NCBI GenBank assembly: GCA_044360075.1
Contig: JBIKLA010000004.1
Coordinates: forward strand, 51,034-115,033
DNA from: Bdellovibrionota bacterium
Lineage (GTDB): Bacteria > Bdellovibrionota_C > UBA2361 > OMII01
Direction: 5' to 3'
Length of the DNA: 64,000 bases
Position numbers and translations under genes: made by a program. Below the pieces are notes generated by a model. That model saw only the letters and a list, made by a program, of their open reading frames with translations. It was not told the DNA's origin and searched no databases. Positions 49,693 through 62,469 of this stretch are shown here, piece after piece (position 1 is the first letter of the stretch; each line of letters opens with the position of its first letter).

Positions 49693-52137
49693 CTAGGCTA
49701 GGACGAGCTTTGCGAAGCGGTACACGAGCTTCTTTGGCTCCTCGAAGCCCTCAAATCGGATCGTCACCGTTGCTGCTCCGCCGCTTCCGCTCAGGGACTC
49801 AACGGCTCCGCTGCCAAAGGAGGGATGGATTACCCTCACCCCAGCCGCAAGCTGCTCGAGTGCTGCCGCTGGCTTGTCAAAGTACTCCTTGGGCGGCTCC
49901 GCCTTCTTTAGGATTGCGTCAGCGGGCGCAAGCATGTTCCGAATCTGGTCCAGAGACACGTTGGCGCGCGGCTCAGGCCGCTCTGCGCGCCTCGTGTAAC
50001 CCTGTCTACGCTTCCAAGAGCTTAAGCCCTCATCGTCCGCATCCTCGTCCTCAAACGAGAATCTCGGATAGCCCTCCATGAACGTTGCTCCCTGCGAGCG
50101 CTCGGTTCCAACTGCGCTCATTCGCTCTCGCGCAACATCTTTTGCGAAGCGGCTAACGATTCGCGCCCCGCCCGCGCTTCCGGCGCTCCCGCCCGACGCG
50201 AACATTCCGCGATAGTAGGAGCGGGTGAAGTAGAGCACCTGCATCGCACGAGTGATGCCGACGTAGCACAGGCGCCGCTCCTCTTCGATCGCTACGTTAT
50301 CGTCAATCGATCTGTAGTGCGGGAGAAGCCCTTCCTCAAGGCCGCTCAAAAACACCACTGGAAACTCCAATCCCTTCGCAAGATGAAGCGTCATGAGAGA
50401 CACCGTGTCCGGCTTCTCCTGCGGCCGCTGTGCGCCGCTCTCAGCTGCTGGGATGTCGGCGCTTGAAGTGAGCGAAATACGGTCCAGGAAGTCCTTGATG
50501 TCGGCCTCTTTGTCGTGCCCCTCCCGCTCCATCGTGCGCCCGAGCGACTCAAGCTCCTGGAGGTTTTCAATACGAGACTGCGCGGTGGGATCCTTCATCG
50601 CGGCAAGCCGAGGACCATACTCCGACCGCTCAACGATAAACCCTATCAGCTGCCCAAGGGGCATCTGCGCAGCCGCCGTCTTTAGCTCCACGACTAGTTC
50701 GACGAACTTTTTGACGCTCTTGTTCTCCTCCGCAACCGCAACCGAAGCGTGCAGGAATGGCTTCGAGGAACGGCGCGACTCCTCCGCTATCGCCTGGATA
50801 GCCTGCGCACCGATGCCACGCGGCGGCGTGTTAACGACGCGCTGGAACGCCTGGTTGTCGGAGGGATTAACCAGCAAGCGCAGATAGGCCAGCATGTCCT
50901 TGACCTCCTTGCGGTCGAAGAACTTTAGGCCCCCATAGATCTTGTAGGGAACTTTGGCCCTCACAAGCGCCTCTTCCAGCGCGCGAGTTTGGGCATTTGT
51001 ACGATAGAGAACGGCTATCTCAAGGTGCTTGCGCCCCTCCGAAACGAGCTTCCGTATCTCAGAGGCGATAAACTCCGCCTCCATGTTCTCATCGTACCCG
51101 ATGAAGGTTCGGATTTTCTCCCCCGGATCTCCCGAGGTCCACAGCTTCTTCGCCTTGCGCGCCTTATTCTTCTCAATCACCGCATGGGCAGCATCAAGGA
51201 TGGTGCCAGTCGAGCGGTAGTTCTGCTCAAGCTTCACGACCTGCGTGTTGGGGAAGTCCTTCTCGAACTCCAGGATGTTGCTGATGGTGGCCCCACGGAA
51301 GCCATAAATTGACTGGTCGTCATCGCCCACAACAAAAAGATTTCGCCTTGGCTCCGATATCAGCCTAATGAATAGGTACTGGACCTTGTTAGTGTCCTGG
51401 AACTCATCGACCAGGATGTAATGCAGGGTGCGCCGGTAGTACTCAAGCACGTCGGGAAACTCACGCAGCACCCGCACCGTGTTCACGAGCAAGTCGCCAA
51501 AGTCCATCGCATTCGCGGCGAGCAGGAGCTCCTGGTAGCGCGCGTACACCTGGGCCTGGAGATCGTTTTCGACGCTAAAGGCCATCTTGCCTGCTTCAGC
51601 TGGGAGCACAAAGTTGTTCTTCCAACGGTCAATGGCGCGCGAGAAGCCGTCGAGTGGGTAGCGGTCCTCGTTGATGGAAAGCTCCTTGAGCACCTGCTTA
51701 AGGACCCCTTTGCTGTCCTGGTCGTCGTACACAACGAACTGGTTGGTGTACCCGAGCAATTGGGCGTTGTGGCGCAGGATTCTGAGGCCCGACGAGTGGA
51801 AGGTTGAAATCCAGAGCCCTTCGGCGCGATCGGCAAGGAGCGCCTTGAGCCGTGCGCGCATCTCCTCGGCGGCTTTGTTTGTAAAAGTCACCGCCAGGAT
51901 GTGGGTGGCGCGAACCCCTCGCTCGCTAATGAGCTGCGCGACTCGGTGCGTAAGGACTCGCGTCTTGCCACTTCCGGCGCCGGCCAGAACCAAGATAGGC
52001 CCGTCTCCGTGGAGAACGGCCCGCTGCTGGGGGTCGTTAAGACCTGAAAGAAGATCGTGCTGTTGCATACCCCAGGCTTGTTCGGAGACTTCTTCTGGAT
52101 TGTTGCCTAGCGGTAGAGAGGTTTGGTCCCCAATCAT
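49693..52137 (-). CDS. uvrD: ATP-dependent DNA helicase UvrD/PcrA family
   Basis: AGAGSGKT Walker A, the TFTNKAA motif and the full SF1A motif set. Confidence 0.93.
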   Translation of the reverse strand: MIGDQTSLPLGNNPEEVSEQAWGMQQHDLLSGLNDPQQRAVLHGDGPILVLAGAGSGKTRVLTHRVAQLISERGVRATHILAVTFTNKAAEEMRARLKALLADRAEGLWISTFHSSGLRILRHNAQLLGYTNQFVVYDDQDSKGVLKQVLKELSINEDRYPLDGFSRAIDRWKNNFVLPAEAGKMAFSVENDLQAQVYARYQELLLAANAMDFGDLLVNTVRVLREFPDVLEYYRRTLHYILVDEFQDTNKVQYLFIRLISEPRRNLFVVGDDDQSIYGFRGATISNILEFEKDFPNTQVVKLEQNYRSTGTILDAAHAVIEKNKARKAKKLWTSGDPGEKIRTFIGYDENMEAEFIASEIRKLVSEGRKHLEIAVLYRTNAQTRALEEALVRAKVPYKIYGGLKFFDRKEVKDMLAYLRLLVNPSDNQAFQRVVNTPPRGIGAQAIQAIAEESRRSSKPFLHASVAVAEENKSVKKFVELVVELKTAAAQMPLGQLIGFIVERSEYGPRLAAMKDPTAQSRIENLQELESLGRTMEREGHDKEADIKDFLDRISLTSSADIPAAESGAQRPQEKPDTVSLMTLHLAKGLEFPVVFLSGLEEGLLPHYRSIDDNVAIEEERRLCYVGITRAMQVLYFTRSYYRGMFASGGSAGSAGGARIVSRFAKDVARERMSAVGTERSQGATFMEGYPRFSFEDEDADDEGLSSWKRRQGYTRRAERPEPRANVSLDQIRNMLAPADAILKKAEPPKEYFDKPAAALEQLAAGVRVIHPSFGSGAVESLSGSGGAATVTIRFEGFEEPKKLVYRFAKLVLA

Positions 52138-52247
52138 CGTAAACTAACTTCATTTCGTAGTGAGCAGGGGACTCCCGATCGAAGCCCTTCATTAGCCTGT
52201 GGAAAGATACCTGCATCAACCACGGGGAGCAAATACAACCGACGCCG

Positions 52248-52440
52248 CTACCACTTGCGCGGCACCACGTGCTGATCGCGAAGCGACACCTTCACCGCGC
52301 TGTAGAGGGCGCCGACGGAGTCATGCGCCGAAATTTGCTGGAAGAGAAGTCGGCTGATATACGCTAGCGCGAGTGATGCACAGATGAAGTCGAGTCCGGG
52401 GATGACGTTAAGTCCTGCAGCGAAGATTCCAGTTGCCATA
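52248..52440 (-). CDS. small membrane protein (63 aa)
   Basis: GGAGG RBS 7 nt upstream of the ATG at 52440. Hydrophobic core GIFAAGLNVIPGLDFICASLALAYI. Confidence 0.35.
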
Positions 52441-52667
52441 TGTGAGCCCTCCAATTTTTCAGTTTCTATTTTTTTTCTATACCCCTCGCAGCCACCCTTC
52501 AAGTCTTTTTCTATACCCAAAAGAAAATAAACCACAAATTTTTACGCCACCCCTTGTGTCGTCAGGGGCTTGCCCAAGAGAACGGCATCTCAAGCCCACC
52601 CATCGCCGCGTTTTCGGTGGGGCCTCAAGCATGATTTTGGAGCCCGATCCTGCTACTCTCAGCGCCC

Positions 52668-53255
52668 ATGTCGGAGTACAACCGTAAAGATCACCTCTAC
52701 CAGAAAGCGAAAGACGAGGGGTACAGGTCTCGTGCTGCCTATAAGCTCATAGAGATACAAGATGCCTATAAGATTATCAAAAATGGGGATCGAGTGCTCG
52801 ACGTTGGGGCCTGGCCTGGGGGCTGGACGCAGGTAGCCCTGCAGTTCGTTGGGGGGTCTGGAAACGTAACCGCGATTGACCTTCAGCCCCTCGATCCCAT
52901 CGACGACTCACGCTGCTCCCTTATCGCCGGCGACGCGCGCGACCTCGACGACATCCTCGGTCTCAAGGAGCCCTCCTTCGATGTCGTCATCTCCGACATG
53001 TCGGCGAAACTTACGGGCATTAAGGAAGCTGACCAGGCGGCTGCCGTTGGGTGTGCGGAGCTTGCGCTCTACGTCGCTCAGCAGATGCTGAAGAATGGGG
53101 GGAATTTCGCCGTCAAAGTGTTCAAGGGGGGCGACGTTGAGGGGTTTGTCAAATCAACCCGGCCAATGTTTAATAAGCTCGTGAGGTCGGAGCTCAAGTC
53201 CTCCCGCAACACGTCAAACGAGTTCTACATCATCGGCCTCGGATTCAAACGGTAA
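52668..53255 (+). CDS. rlmE: 23S rRNA 2'-O-ribose U2552 methyltransferase RlmE/FtsJ
   Basis: RSRAAYKL and DVGAWPGGW SAM-binding motifs. Confidence 0.9.
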   Translation: MSEYNRKDHLYQKAKDEGYRSRAAYKLIEIQDAYKIIKNGDRVLDVGAWPGGWTQVALQFVGGSGNVTAIDLQPLDPIDDSRCSLIAGDARDLDDILGLKEPSFDVVISDMSAKLTGIKEADQAAAVGCAELALYVAQQMLKNGGNFAVKVFKGGDVEGFVKSTRPMFNKLVRSELKSSRNTSNEFYIIGLGFKR

Positions 53256-53267
53256 TCAACACTCACC

Positions 53268-54059
53268 ATGAACGTTGTTGCGACCACCCAACAGGTAGGA
53301 TCTTTTGTCATCGACACCACAGAGCAGTGGGGAAGGTCCTGGATCTTCCTGTACCGAACGGTTCTGGCGCTGTTTAGGCCGCCCTTTCGCCCGTTCCTTT
53401 ACATGACCCAGATCCTCCAGATCGGCGTTAACTCCATGCTCGTCATCGCCCTTATTGGCCTCTTCACGGGTGCCGTCTTGGCGGTTCAGGGCGAATACAC
53501 CCTCGCTAAATTCGGCGCGACCGCCTACACCGGTCCCGCCGTGGCCTTGAGCCTTATACGGGAACTTGGCCCCGTGCTTACGGCCCTCATGGTCATTGGC
53601 CGCGCGGGCTCGGCGGTTACGGCCGAGATCGGAATTATGCGCATCACCGAGCAGATCGATGCGCTGCGCTCCATGGCAGTTGACCCGATTAAGTACCTTA
53701 TGGCCCCGCGGCTCCTCGCCGGCATTATCGCAATGCCGATGTTGTGCGGGATGTTTAACGTGGTCGGCATCTTCGGCGGCTATGCCGTGGCGGTTGGCCT
53801 GCTCGGCCTAAGCCCCGGAACCTTCATGAGCCAAATTATGTCATCTGTGGGCCTCGTGGACGTGTACTCTGGATTCATCAAGGCAACGGTCTTTGGTCTC
53901 ATCTTCGGCTGGGTAGCCTGCTACAAGGGGTACACGTGCGGCTTCGGTGCGCAGGGCGTCAACAAGGCAACGACACAGTCTGTGGTCACCGCCTCTGTGG
54001 CCGTCCTGATCGTTGACTACTTCCTCACCAGCGTGCTCACCCGAGTGTTCATGAAGTAG
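53268..54059 (+). CDS. mlaE: ABC transporter permease MlaE
   Basis: MlaE family topology and conserved sequence. Confidence 0.88.
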   Translation: MNVVATTQQVGSFVIDTTEQWGRSWIFLYRTVLALFRPPFRPFLYMTQILQIGVNSMLVIALIGLFTGAVLAVQGEYTLAKFGATAYTGPAVALSLIRELGPVLTALMVIGRAGSAVTAEIGIMRITEQIDALRSMAVDPIKYLMAPRLLAGIIAMPMLCGMFNVVGIFGGYAVAVGLLGLSPGTFMSQIMSSVGLVDVYSGFIKATVFGLIFGWVACYKGYTCGFGAQGVNKATTQSVVTASVAVLIVDYFLTSVLTRVFMK

Positions 54060-54062
54060 TCG

Positions 54063-54812
54063 ATGATTTCTGTTCGGAACGTGCATAAAAGCTTCGGCTC
54101 TCAGGTGGTCCTCGACGGGCTAACGATGGAGATTGAGCCGGGCAAGACCACGGCCGTCGTTGGCCCAAGCGGCGTCGGGAAGTCCGTGCTCCTCAAGCTC
54201 ATCATGGGCATCATGACCCCGGACGAGGGGGAGATTTACATCGAGGGAGAGAACATCACCTCTGCCCGGAGCGAATCTCGGAAGAACGAGATTCGGCGCT
54301 CTCTCGGAGTGCTCTTCCAGGCTGCCGCTCTCTTTGATTCCCTGACTATCTACGACAACATCGCCTTTCCGATTCTGGAGCGGATCCGAATCAGCTCCTC
54401 CAAGGCTCATGCAAAGGTTCTCGATATCGCCGAGGCGCTGAGCCTCACGCCATACCTCCTCAATTACCCCGAGCAGGTCTCCATAGGCATTCGCAAGCGC
54501 GTTGGGATGGCCCGCGCCCTCATCACAGAGCCTAAGGTGCTGCTCGTTGACGAGCCAAACACCGGCCTTGACCCGCTCGACGGCCAAGAGGTTTACGATT
54601 TGATTAATGCGTGCAAAAGTCAGTGGGGTTTTACTGGCTTGGTTATCAGCCACGAGCTGCCCGAGGTCTTTCAGGTCTCTGACCGGGTGGCGATGATACT
54701 GGGCGGCCAGATCATCACCGAGGGCTCTCCGGCAGAGCTGATAGCCTCTACGAACCCCGCCGTGCAGCAGTTCCTCAATGGGAGAACGGATGGACCAATC
54801 AAAATTCAATAA
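54063..54812 (+). CDS. mlaF: ABC transporter ATP-binding protein MlaF
   Basis: GPSGVGKS Walker A and the LSGGQ-like signature. Confidence 0.9.
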   Translation: MISVRNVHKSFGSQVVLDGLTMEIEPGKTTAVVGPSGVGKSVLLKLIMGIMTPDEGEIYIEGENITSARSESRKNEIRRSLGVLFQAAALFDSLTIYDNIAFPILERIRISSSKAHAKVLDIAEALSLTPYLLNYPEQVSIGIRKRVGMARALITEPKVLLVDEPNTGLDPLDGQEVYDLINACKSQWGFTGLVISHELPEVFQVSDRVAMILGGQIITEGSPAELIASTNPAVQQFLNGRTDGPIKIQ

Positions 54813-55338
54813 TCCTCAGAGCTCGCCCCGCCTCGCTGTTCCAAGGCGAAGCGTGTCGCTTGAGTTCTTCGTCGGCCTTTTCGCGATGGCCGGCGTCGGC
54901 GCAGCTGCATACCTCGCCGTGGGGCTCGCCGGCCTTGAGTTCGGCACGAGCGACAAGTACGAGATCTTTGCCGAGTTCGACAATATCTCGGGCCTCAAGT
55001 ACGGGGCTTCCGTCGAGATTGCAGGCGTTCCTATCGGCTCAGTTTCCAACATATTGCTGAAGGATCCGGTCGCCCGCATCACGCTTAAGCTTACCAAGGA
55101 CATCAAGATTAAGGACGACGACATCGCCTCGATCCGCACGAAAGGAATTATCGGCGACAGGTACGTGAAGATTTCGCGCGGCGCATCCGACGTCTACATC
55201 GCGCCGGGCGGCACCATGGTTGAGACCGAGTCCGTTGTGGATATCGAGGACGTCATCGGCAAAGTTGTCCATAGCCTAAGCGGCGACAAGGACGAGGACG
55301 AGGAGGGCGAAAAGAAGCCCGACGGTGAGAAGAAGTAG
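54790..55338 (+). CDS. mlaD: MCE-domain protein MlaD
   Basis: TM followed by an MCE domain. Start taken at MDQSKF; the ORF begins at 54778. Confidence 0.85.
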   Translation: MDQSKFNNPQSSPRLAVPRRSVSLEFFVGLFAMAGVGAAAYLAVGLAGLEFGTSDKYEIFAEFDNISGLKYGASVEIAGVPIGSVSNILLKDPVARITLKLTKDIKIKDDDIASIRTKGIIGDRYVKISRGASDVYIAPGGTMVETESVVDIEDVIGKVVHSLSGDKDEDEEGEKKPDGEKK

Positions 55339-55367
55339 TTTTAGCTTAAGGATTAGGAGTCAACGAC

Positions 55368-55961
55368 ATGTATCGCCTCGTAGCTTTTCTTGTGATTGCC
55401 GGAGGGCTTCTCGTTTCATCAGCTTCTCAGGCCCACGGAGATGCGATGCCCTCTCCCAAGGCTGAGCTGACAAAAACCATTGATGGCATTATCGACGTCG
55501 CCGGCAAATATCCCGGAGATGACCAGAAGGCCATCCGACGGGAGAAGCTCCGGGAGCTCATCAACCCGAAGTTTAACTTTACTGAGATGTCCCGCCGCTC
55601 GCTGGGCGCGAACTGGAACGAGATCACGCCCGCCGAACAAAAAGACTTTACGGCCGTGTTCTCCGAGCTCCTCGCCCGCACCTACCTGTCAAAGATTGAG
55701 ACGGTCAAGCCCGGCATGGTGAAGGTTGAGTCGGAGTCGGTTGAAATGATGCGCGCCACGGTAAAGACCGTCGTCATTAGCAAAGGCGACACCTTCCCGA
55801 TCGAGTACCGCCTGGCCTTCACGGATGGGCGCTGGCAGGTGTATGACGTGGTCATCGAGAACATCGGCCTGATCGGCAACTACCGCAACGAGTTCTCCGG
55901 CATCATCCGCAAGGAGAAGTTCTCTGGCCTCATGGAGAGGCTGCGCAAGAAGGTAGGGTAA
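55368..55961 (+). CDS. mlaC: phospholipid-binding periplasmic protein MlaC (Ttg2D family)
   Basis: Signal peptide and a Ttg2D-like sequence. Confidence 0.8.
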   Translation: MYRLVAFLVIAGGLLVSSASQAHGDAMPSPKAELTKTIDGIIDVAGKYPGDDQKAIRREKLRELINPKFNFTEMSRRSLGANWNEITPAEQKDFTAVFSELLARTYLSKIETVKPGMVKVESESVEMMRATVKTVVISKGDTFPIEYRLAFTDGRWQVYDVVIENIGLIGNYRNEFSGIIRKEKFSGLMERLRKKVG

Positions 55962-56444
55962 GTGCCATCCCAGACGCTTCAGGAAGTTTTAAACTCCTAT
56001 TCCGCCGGTCCCCAAACGGGGGTGTTCACTGATGGCGGCTGCCAGCCCAATCCGGGCCCTGGAGGCTGGGGGTGCGTGCACGTCGTCGATGGGAACGTTA
56101 TCAGCCACGATCACGGGCATGACCCCGACACCACCAATAACCGCATGGAGCTTACCGCCCTCATCCGGGCCTACTCGGCCCTGCCGACCAACGCAGACAT
56201 CGAGATCTTTTCGGACAGCGAGCTGTGCGTCAAGACGATCAACGAGTGGGCGCCAAAATGGGAGGCGCGGGGATGGCGGCGCAGCTCTGGGCCGATAGCC
56301 AACCTTGCTCTCGTTCAGGAGCTGCTGTCGCTGCACCGCGCCCACCCGAGCGTAAAGCTCAAGTGGATTAAGGCTCACAATGGCTGGCTGTGGAACGAGT
56401 ATGCCGACTCGCTCTCTACAGCTTGGACCCGGTCCTCCCTTTAG
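55962..56444 (+). CDS. rnhA: ribonuclease HI (GTG start)
   Basis: TNNRMEL and the C-terminal H...D catalytic motifs. Confidence 0.88.
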   Translation: MPSQTLQEVLNSYSAGPQTGVFTDGGCQPNPGPGGWGCVHVVDGNVISHDHGHDPDTTNNRMELTALIRAYSALPTNADIEIFSDSELCVKTINEWAPKWEARGWRRSSGPIANLALVQELLSLHRAHPSVKLKWIKAHNGWLWNEYADSLSTAWTRSSL

Positions 56445-56518
56445 CCGAGGACACCTTTGAGCAAGCTGCTCCGCGCCACTATCGCAAGGCTCCCTCTGGT
56501 GCCTCGTCGGTGGCCTTC

Positions 56519-58036
56519 CTAGCGCCGATCGTCTCGCTGGTATACCGATAGCGCCGCGCCGCTCATGAAGGGAGCAGGATAGGCGGCCTTGAGTGAATAC
56601 CGGGCCCCAAAGGCCGTCATCGACGACGCGGGAGGTGTGGGGTTTCGATCCAGGGACTCCTCAATAACAAAGTCTGGTGGCGCTGCCGCCGCGGCCTGGT
56701 CGCTGACAAAAACGATAGGGCCACCAAGCGCGCCGCGAAGCCGCATATGGGCGAGCCGTATCTCGTTCCGATTTTCGTGGCCGCCGCCGATGGTGACCGT
56801 CTCGCGCCGCGGACCGCTTTCGGAAATAATTGCTGCAACCGCCTCCTCAAAATGCGATCGCTGGAAGCTGAAAAGCTCCCCACAGTGGCGCAGGTTTCCT
56901 GCAGCGATGCCTGCGACGAGCAGCGCCGCGATGCAGGCTCCGAAGATCCCCTGGCGGGCAAGCCGCGCCATCCAGCGCGCCGCCACGAGGTAAAGGAACA
57001 CCAGCGAGATAATGAAGTAGCGCCCGAGGATAAAGTCCGGCCTCAGAACCATCACCGCCGCTAGGGGGACAAGGATGATCGAAATAACTAGGCTCGCAAC
57101 AGCCCTATCCTCACGCAGCCAGAGAAAAGCCTCAAAGGAGGCGATCGCCACGACGAGAGTCCCGATGCCCGCTGCCGCTGCCGCGCCCTGAGGATCGAAC
57201 GCCGACAGCTCCTCGCCACCAAAGCCTAGGCTGAGGGCTGATAGGAGCACCTGTACATACGGCGCCTGGGGGCCCCCGCCGATGGCCAAGCCCCTGTAAA
57301 AAAAAATGCCAAGCGCCGAGATAGCGCCGATAGGCGCAGTAAGAGCAGCCCACATAACGGGATCTCGCCAGCTATGCCCGCTTCGGCGCCGCTCCAGCAC
57401 AATCCAGGCCCCTACGGGCAAAAAGAACAGGATAAACGCCGCGTGCGAAAAGGCGCCAACGGTGCTCACGATAGAGAAGATTCGGGCCGCTCCCCGGCCT
57501 GCGTCAGCCTTCCTCAATCGCAAGGCCAGGGCAAATATGGCAATCGCCGCCGCGATGGCAAGCGAATAGCCACGAGCCTCCGTGCCGACAACGATCAAGG
57601 GGTATGAGAGCGCGACCAAAAAGGCCCATATCGCCCCGGTCCAGCCGAGGTGCTCGCGCCTAACGAGGCGCCGCAGGAGGGCGAGCGCAAGCAAGGAAAA
57701 GGCCAGGCTTGGGAACCGCTGCCATTCCGGGAGGGCGCGGGGCCCCACAAGCCATAGCCATAGAGAGTTAAGGAGATGATTGTTGTCGTGGCGCACCTCT
57801 GTTGCAAGCGCAAGTGGCGAGCCTACGTCCTGGACGAGGAGCACCGACCACGCCTCATCAAGCCACAGCTCCCCGTGCACCGCGAGAACCCTAAGGATAC
57901 AGCCGATGATGGCAGCCAACGCCATCAAGAGGATCTTGGCGTCTATCTTTGGCGTAGGTTCGGCGCTTGCGAGCATGTCGTGTCCCTTGATACAGAGCTC
58001 TCCTACCACGCCCTCTTGTAATCTGCCTACAGACAA
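56519..58036 (-). CDS. polytopic membrane protein, GT-C-like glycosyltransferase fold (second copy of this type)
   Basis: Multiple TM helices. Weak family resemblance to 47945-49624. Confidence 0.55.
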   Translation of the reverse strand: MSVGRLQEGVVGELCIKGHDMLASAEPTPKIDAKILLMALAAIIGCILRVLAVHGELWLDEAWSVLLVQDVGSPLALATEVRHDNNHLLNSLWLWLVGPRALPEWQRFPSLAFSLLALALLRRLVRREHLGWTGAIWAFLVALSYPLIVVGTEARGYSLAIAAAIAIFALALRLRKADAGRGAARIFSIVSTVGAFSHAAFILFFLPVGAWIVLERRRSGHSWRDPVMWAALTAPIGAISALGIFFYRGLAIGGGPQAPYVQVLLSALSLGFGGEELSAFDPQGAAAAAGIGTLVVAIASFEAFLWLREDRAVASLVISIILVPLAAVMVLRPDFILGRYFIISLVFLYLVAARWMARLARQGIFGACIAALLVAGIAAGNLRHCGELFSFQRSHFEEAVAAIISESGPRRETVTIGGGHENRNEIRLAHMRLRGALGGPIVFVSDQAAAAAPPDFVIEESLDRNPTPPASSMTAFGARYSLKAAYPAPFMSGAALSVYQRDDRR

Positions 58037-58054
58037 CCTCCCCTGCGCCCTTCG

Positions 58055-58936
58055 ATGGTTACGCCGCCCCCTTTTGGATGCTACTCTTGTATCATGTGCA
58101 CCGGCCTCTTTCGCGTTGCAGTTCTGGCACTCGCTTCCTCGCTTGTGGCGTGCTGCCCGCCCTTCTCTCTAGAGGGCGGAGCACTCTCAACGTCGCCAGC
58201 CCTGCCTCTGGCGACGCTTGCGGTGGCCCATCGTGCCAACATTCATCGCGGGGCTTCGGACAACTCTCTTCGGGCCATGCGGGAGTCGATCGCTGCTGGT
58301 GTTCCGTACCTCGAGGTAGATGTCCGACAATCCTCCTCTGGGGACCTATTTCTCTTCCATGACGGGAGCCTCTCGTGGCAGAACTCCGATGCGCCGTGGG
58401 GGCTCCGTGGAGAAAAGGTTAACCGGCTCTCCCCATCCGTTCGCGCAACGATTCCCCTGAACGATGGCGAGCACATTCCGCTTCTTGAGGAGGCGCTCGA
58501 TCTCATCAGGCCCACAGGCGCCACGCTCCAGCTAGACTTTAAGGGAGAGTCTGACGAGAACGTGCTCCCGACGCTCGATCTTGTTCAGTCTCGGGGCCAG
58601 CTGCAGCAGGTCCTGCTGCAGATACGCGACGTAAGCCGCGTCCAAACGGTGCTGCAGCGCGCGCCATCGGCGCGAATCCTAGTGAGGGTAAAATCGATGT
58701 CCGAGCTCGATGAGGCGCTGCGTCTGCGGGTTGAGTTTGTGGAGCTTGAGCGCTGGTTTTCGCCCGCCGCTATTGAGCGAGCCCACGGAGCGGGCGTGAA
58801 GGTGCTCATAAACGTCAGTAATTCCCGCTTTGACCAGCCGGGGATCTGGCGCTTCTTCCGGTCGCAGGGAGTGGACACGATCATGACGGATCACGCTGAC
58901 AGGTCACTGCAGGATTCGGCGCATCGTAGGCCGTAA
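58055..58936 (+). CDS. glycerophosphodiester phosphodiesterase family protein
   Basis: HRANIHRG...ENSL...LEVDV GDPD catalytic motifs. Confidence 0.8.
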   Translation: MVTPPPFGCYSCIMCTGLFRVAVLALASSLVACCPPFSLEGGALSTSPALPLATLAVAHRANIHRGASDNSLRAMRESIAAGVPYLEVDVRQSSSGDLFLFHDGSLSWQNSDAPWGLRGEKVNRLSPSVRATIPLNDGEHIPLLEEALDLIRPTGATLQLDFKGESDENVLPTLDLVQSRGQLQQVLLQIRDVSRVQTVLQRAPSARILVRVKSMSELDEALRLRVEFVELERWFSPAAIERAHGAGVKVLINVSNSRFDQPGIWRFFRSQGVDTIMTDHADRSLQDSAHRRP

Positions 58937-58950
58937 CGGCTTGTAGCGCG

Positions 58951-59676
58951 CTAGCGGTTGGGCACCCGACCGGGCATCATTATACGACCGTCGTTTAGGG
59001 ATGAGTGGAAATCGAGGTCGCTCAGGCCCTGCGGCCCAAGGCTGAGTACACCCTGAGTTGTGCGAGCTCTGAAAGATTCACCCTTCGCTCGCCAGCCAAA
59101 GAGGTTGCCGCCTGTCGCAATCGCATACGCAAGGTGCGCCACGGCCACATCCCACGGCGTTGCTGGCTCATACCCCAGCTCCTCAATGGCGGCCGCCTGC
59201 TCGCGGGCGGGCTTCCCTTCCGTTCCCTCTATTCGCCCCTTGATCGTAATCGCCTCCGATTGTGGGTGCGCGTCGCTAAACTCCCGAGACTGTCTCCAGC
59301 GCTGAAGCACGGGCCCCCACACGGAGCCCCTCCCATGAGACTCTCGAACGGCCGAGTCGCCCTGCTCAAGCAGGCTCATGCGGGATACGCCCGATGGGAT
59401 AATCAGCGAGACCACTCCTTCTTGGGGAACCTCGACACTGAAGCGGGCTATTAGCCTGTCGCGAGGGGTCATCCTCTTTCGAAGCTGATCCAGCTGCTCA
59501 ACCCGCAGCGTCATTTCGTCAAAGAGATTGTTGAGGAGCCTCACGTCACCAGAGGTGGCTGCCTCGCCCATCCGCTGGGCTGCTTCAGACTCGAGCGCAG
59601 CTGCCCGCTCCAGGGTGGTCCTATATGACTCAAAGTCCTTGAGCCGCTGAGCCTCTGTGGTGGGCATCGCCGTCAT
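58951..59676 (-). CDS. uncharacterised protein, paralog family P (copy 3)
   Basis: RDRLIARFSV...GVVSLIIPSG...ESHG...DVAVAHLAYAIATGGNLFGWRAKGE. Confidence 0.55.
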   Translation of the reverse strand: MTAMPTTEAQRLKDFESYRTTLERAAALESEAAQRMGEAATSGDVRLLNNLFDEMTLRVEQLDQLRKRMTPRDRLIARFSVEVPQEGVVSLIIPSGVSRMSLLEQGDSAVRESHGRGSVWGPVLQRWRQSREFSDAHPQSEAITIKGRIEGTEGKPAREQAAAIEELGYEPATPWDVAVAHLAYAIATGGNLFGWRAKGESFRARTTQGVLSLGPQGLSDLDFHSSLNDGRIMMPGRVPNR

Positions 59677-59711
59677 AGCGCTTGCGTGCAGGTGTACATG
59701 TGAGCTTCCAA

Positions 59712-59746
59712 TAAAAAACCCGCTGGGGTCGCCTGCGGGTTTTCGA
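59712..59746. terminator. bidirectional hairpin (A6-stem-loop-T4/6)
   Basis: AAAAAACCCGCTGGGGTCGCCTGCGGGTTTT. Confidence 0.5.
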
Positions 59747-59785
59747 AGCTTCTCGGCCTACGCCGAGCTGCAAAAGCACGCCCGA

Positions 59786-59893
59786 CTACTTGCCGGACTT
59801 CGGGGTCCTGCGGTTCTTCTTGTTGCGAGCCTTTATCTTCTTAGCATCGCGCGCATTTCTGCGGTTCCATGTGATTTTTGTTGGGGAAGCCAT
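59786..59893 (-). CDS. 35-aa highly basic small protein
   Basis: Minus strand reads TTAAGGAGTTTGTGTT-ATG (perfect AAGGAG RBS). Product is MASPTKITWNRRNARDAKKIKARNKKNRRTPKSGK. Confidence 0.4.
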   Translation of the reverse strand: MASPTKITWNRRNARDAKKIKARNKKNRRTPKSGK

Positions 59894-59994
59894 AACACAA
59901 ACTCCTTAACGTGTTCGATGGGAGAGGGTAGCGAAGATAGAAAGGCTGGTCAACTCAAGGCACCCTGATGGCCTTGAGGTGACCACTAAACCCC

Positions 59995-62469
<2,475 letters not shown>

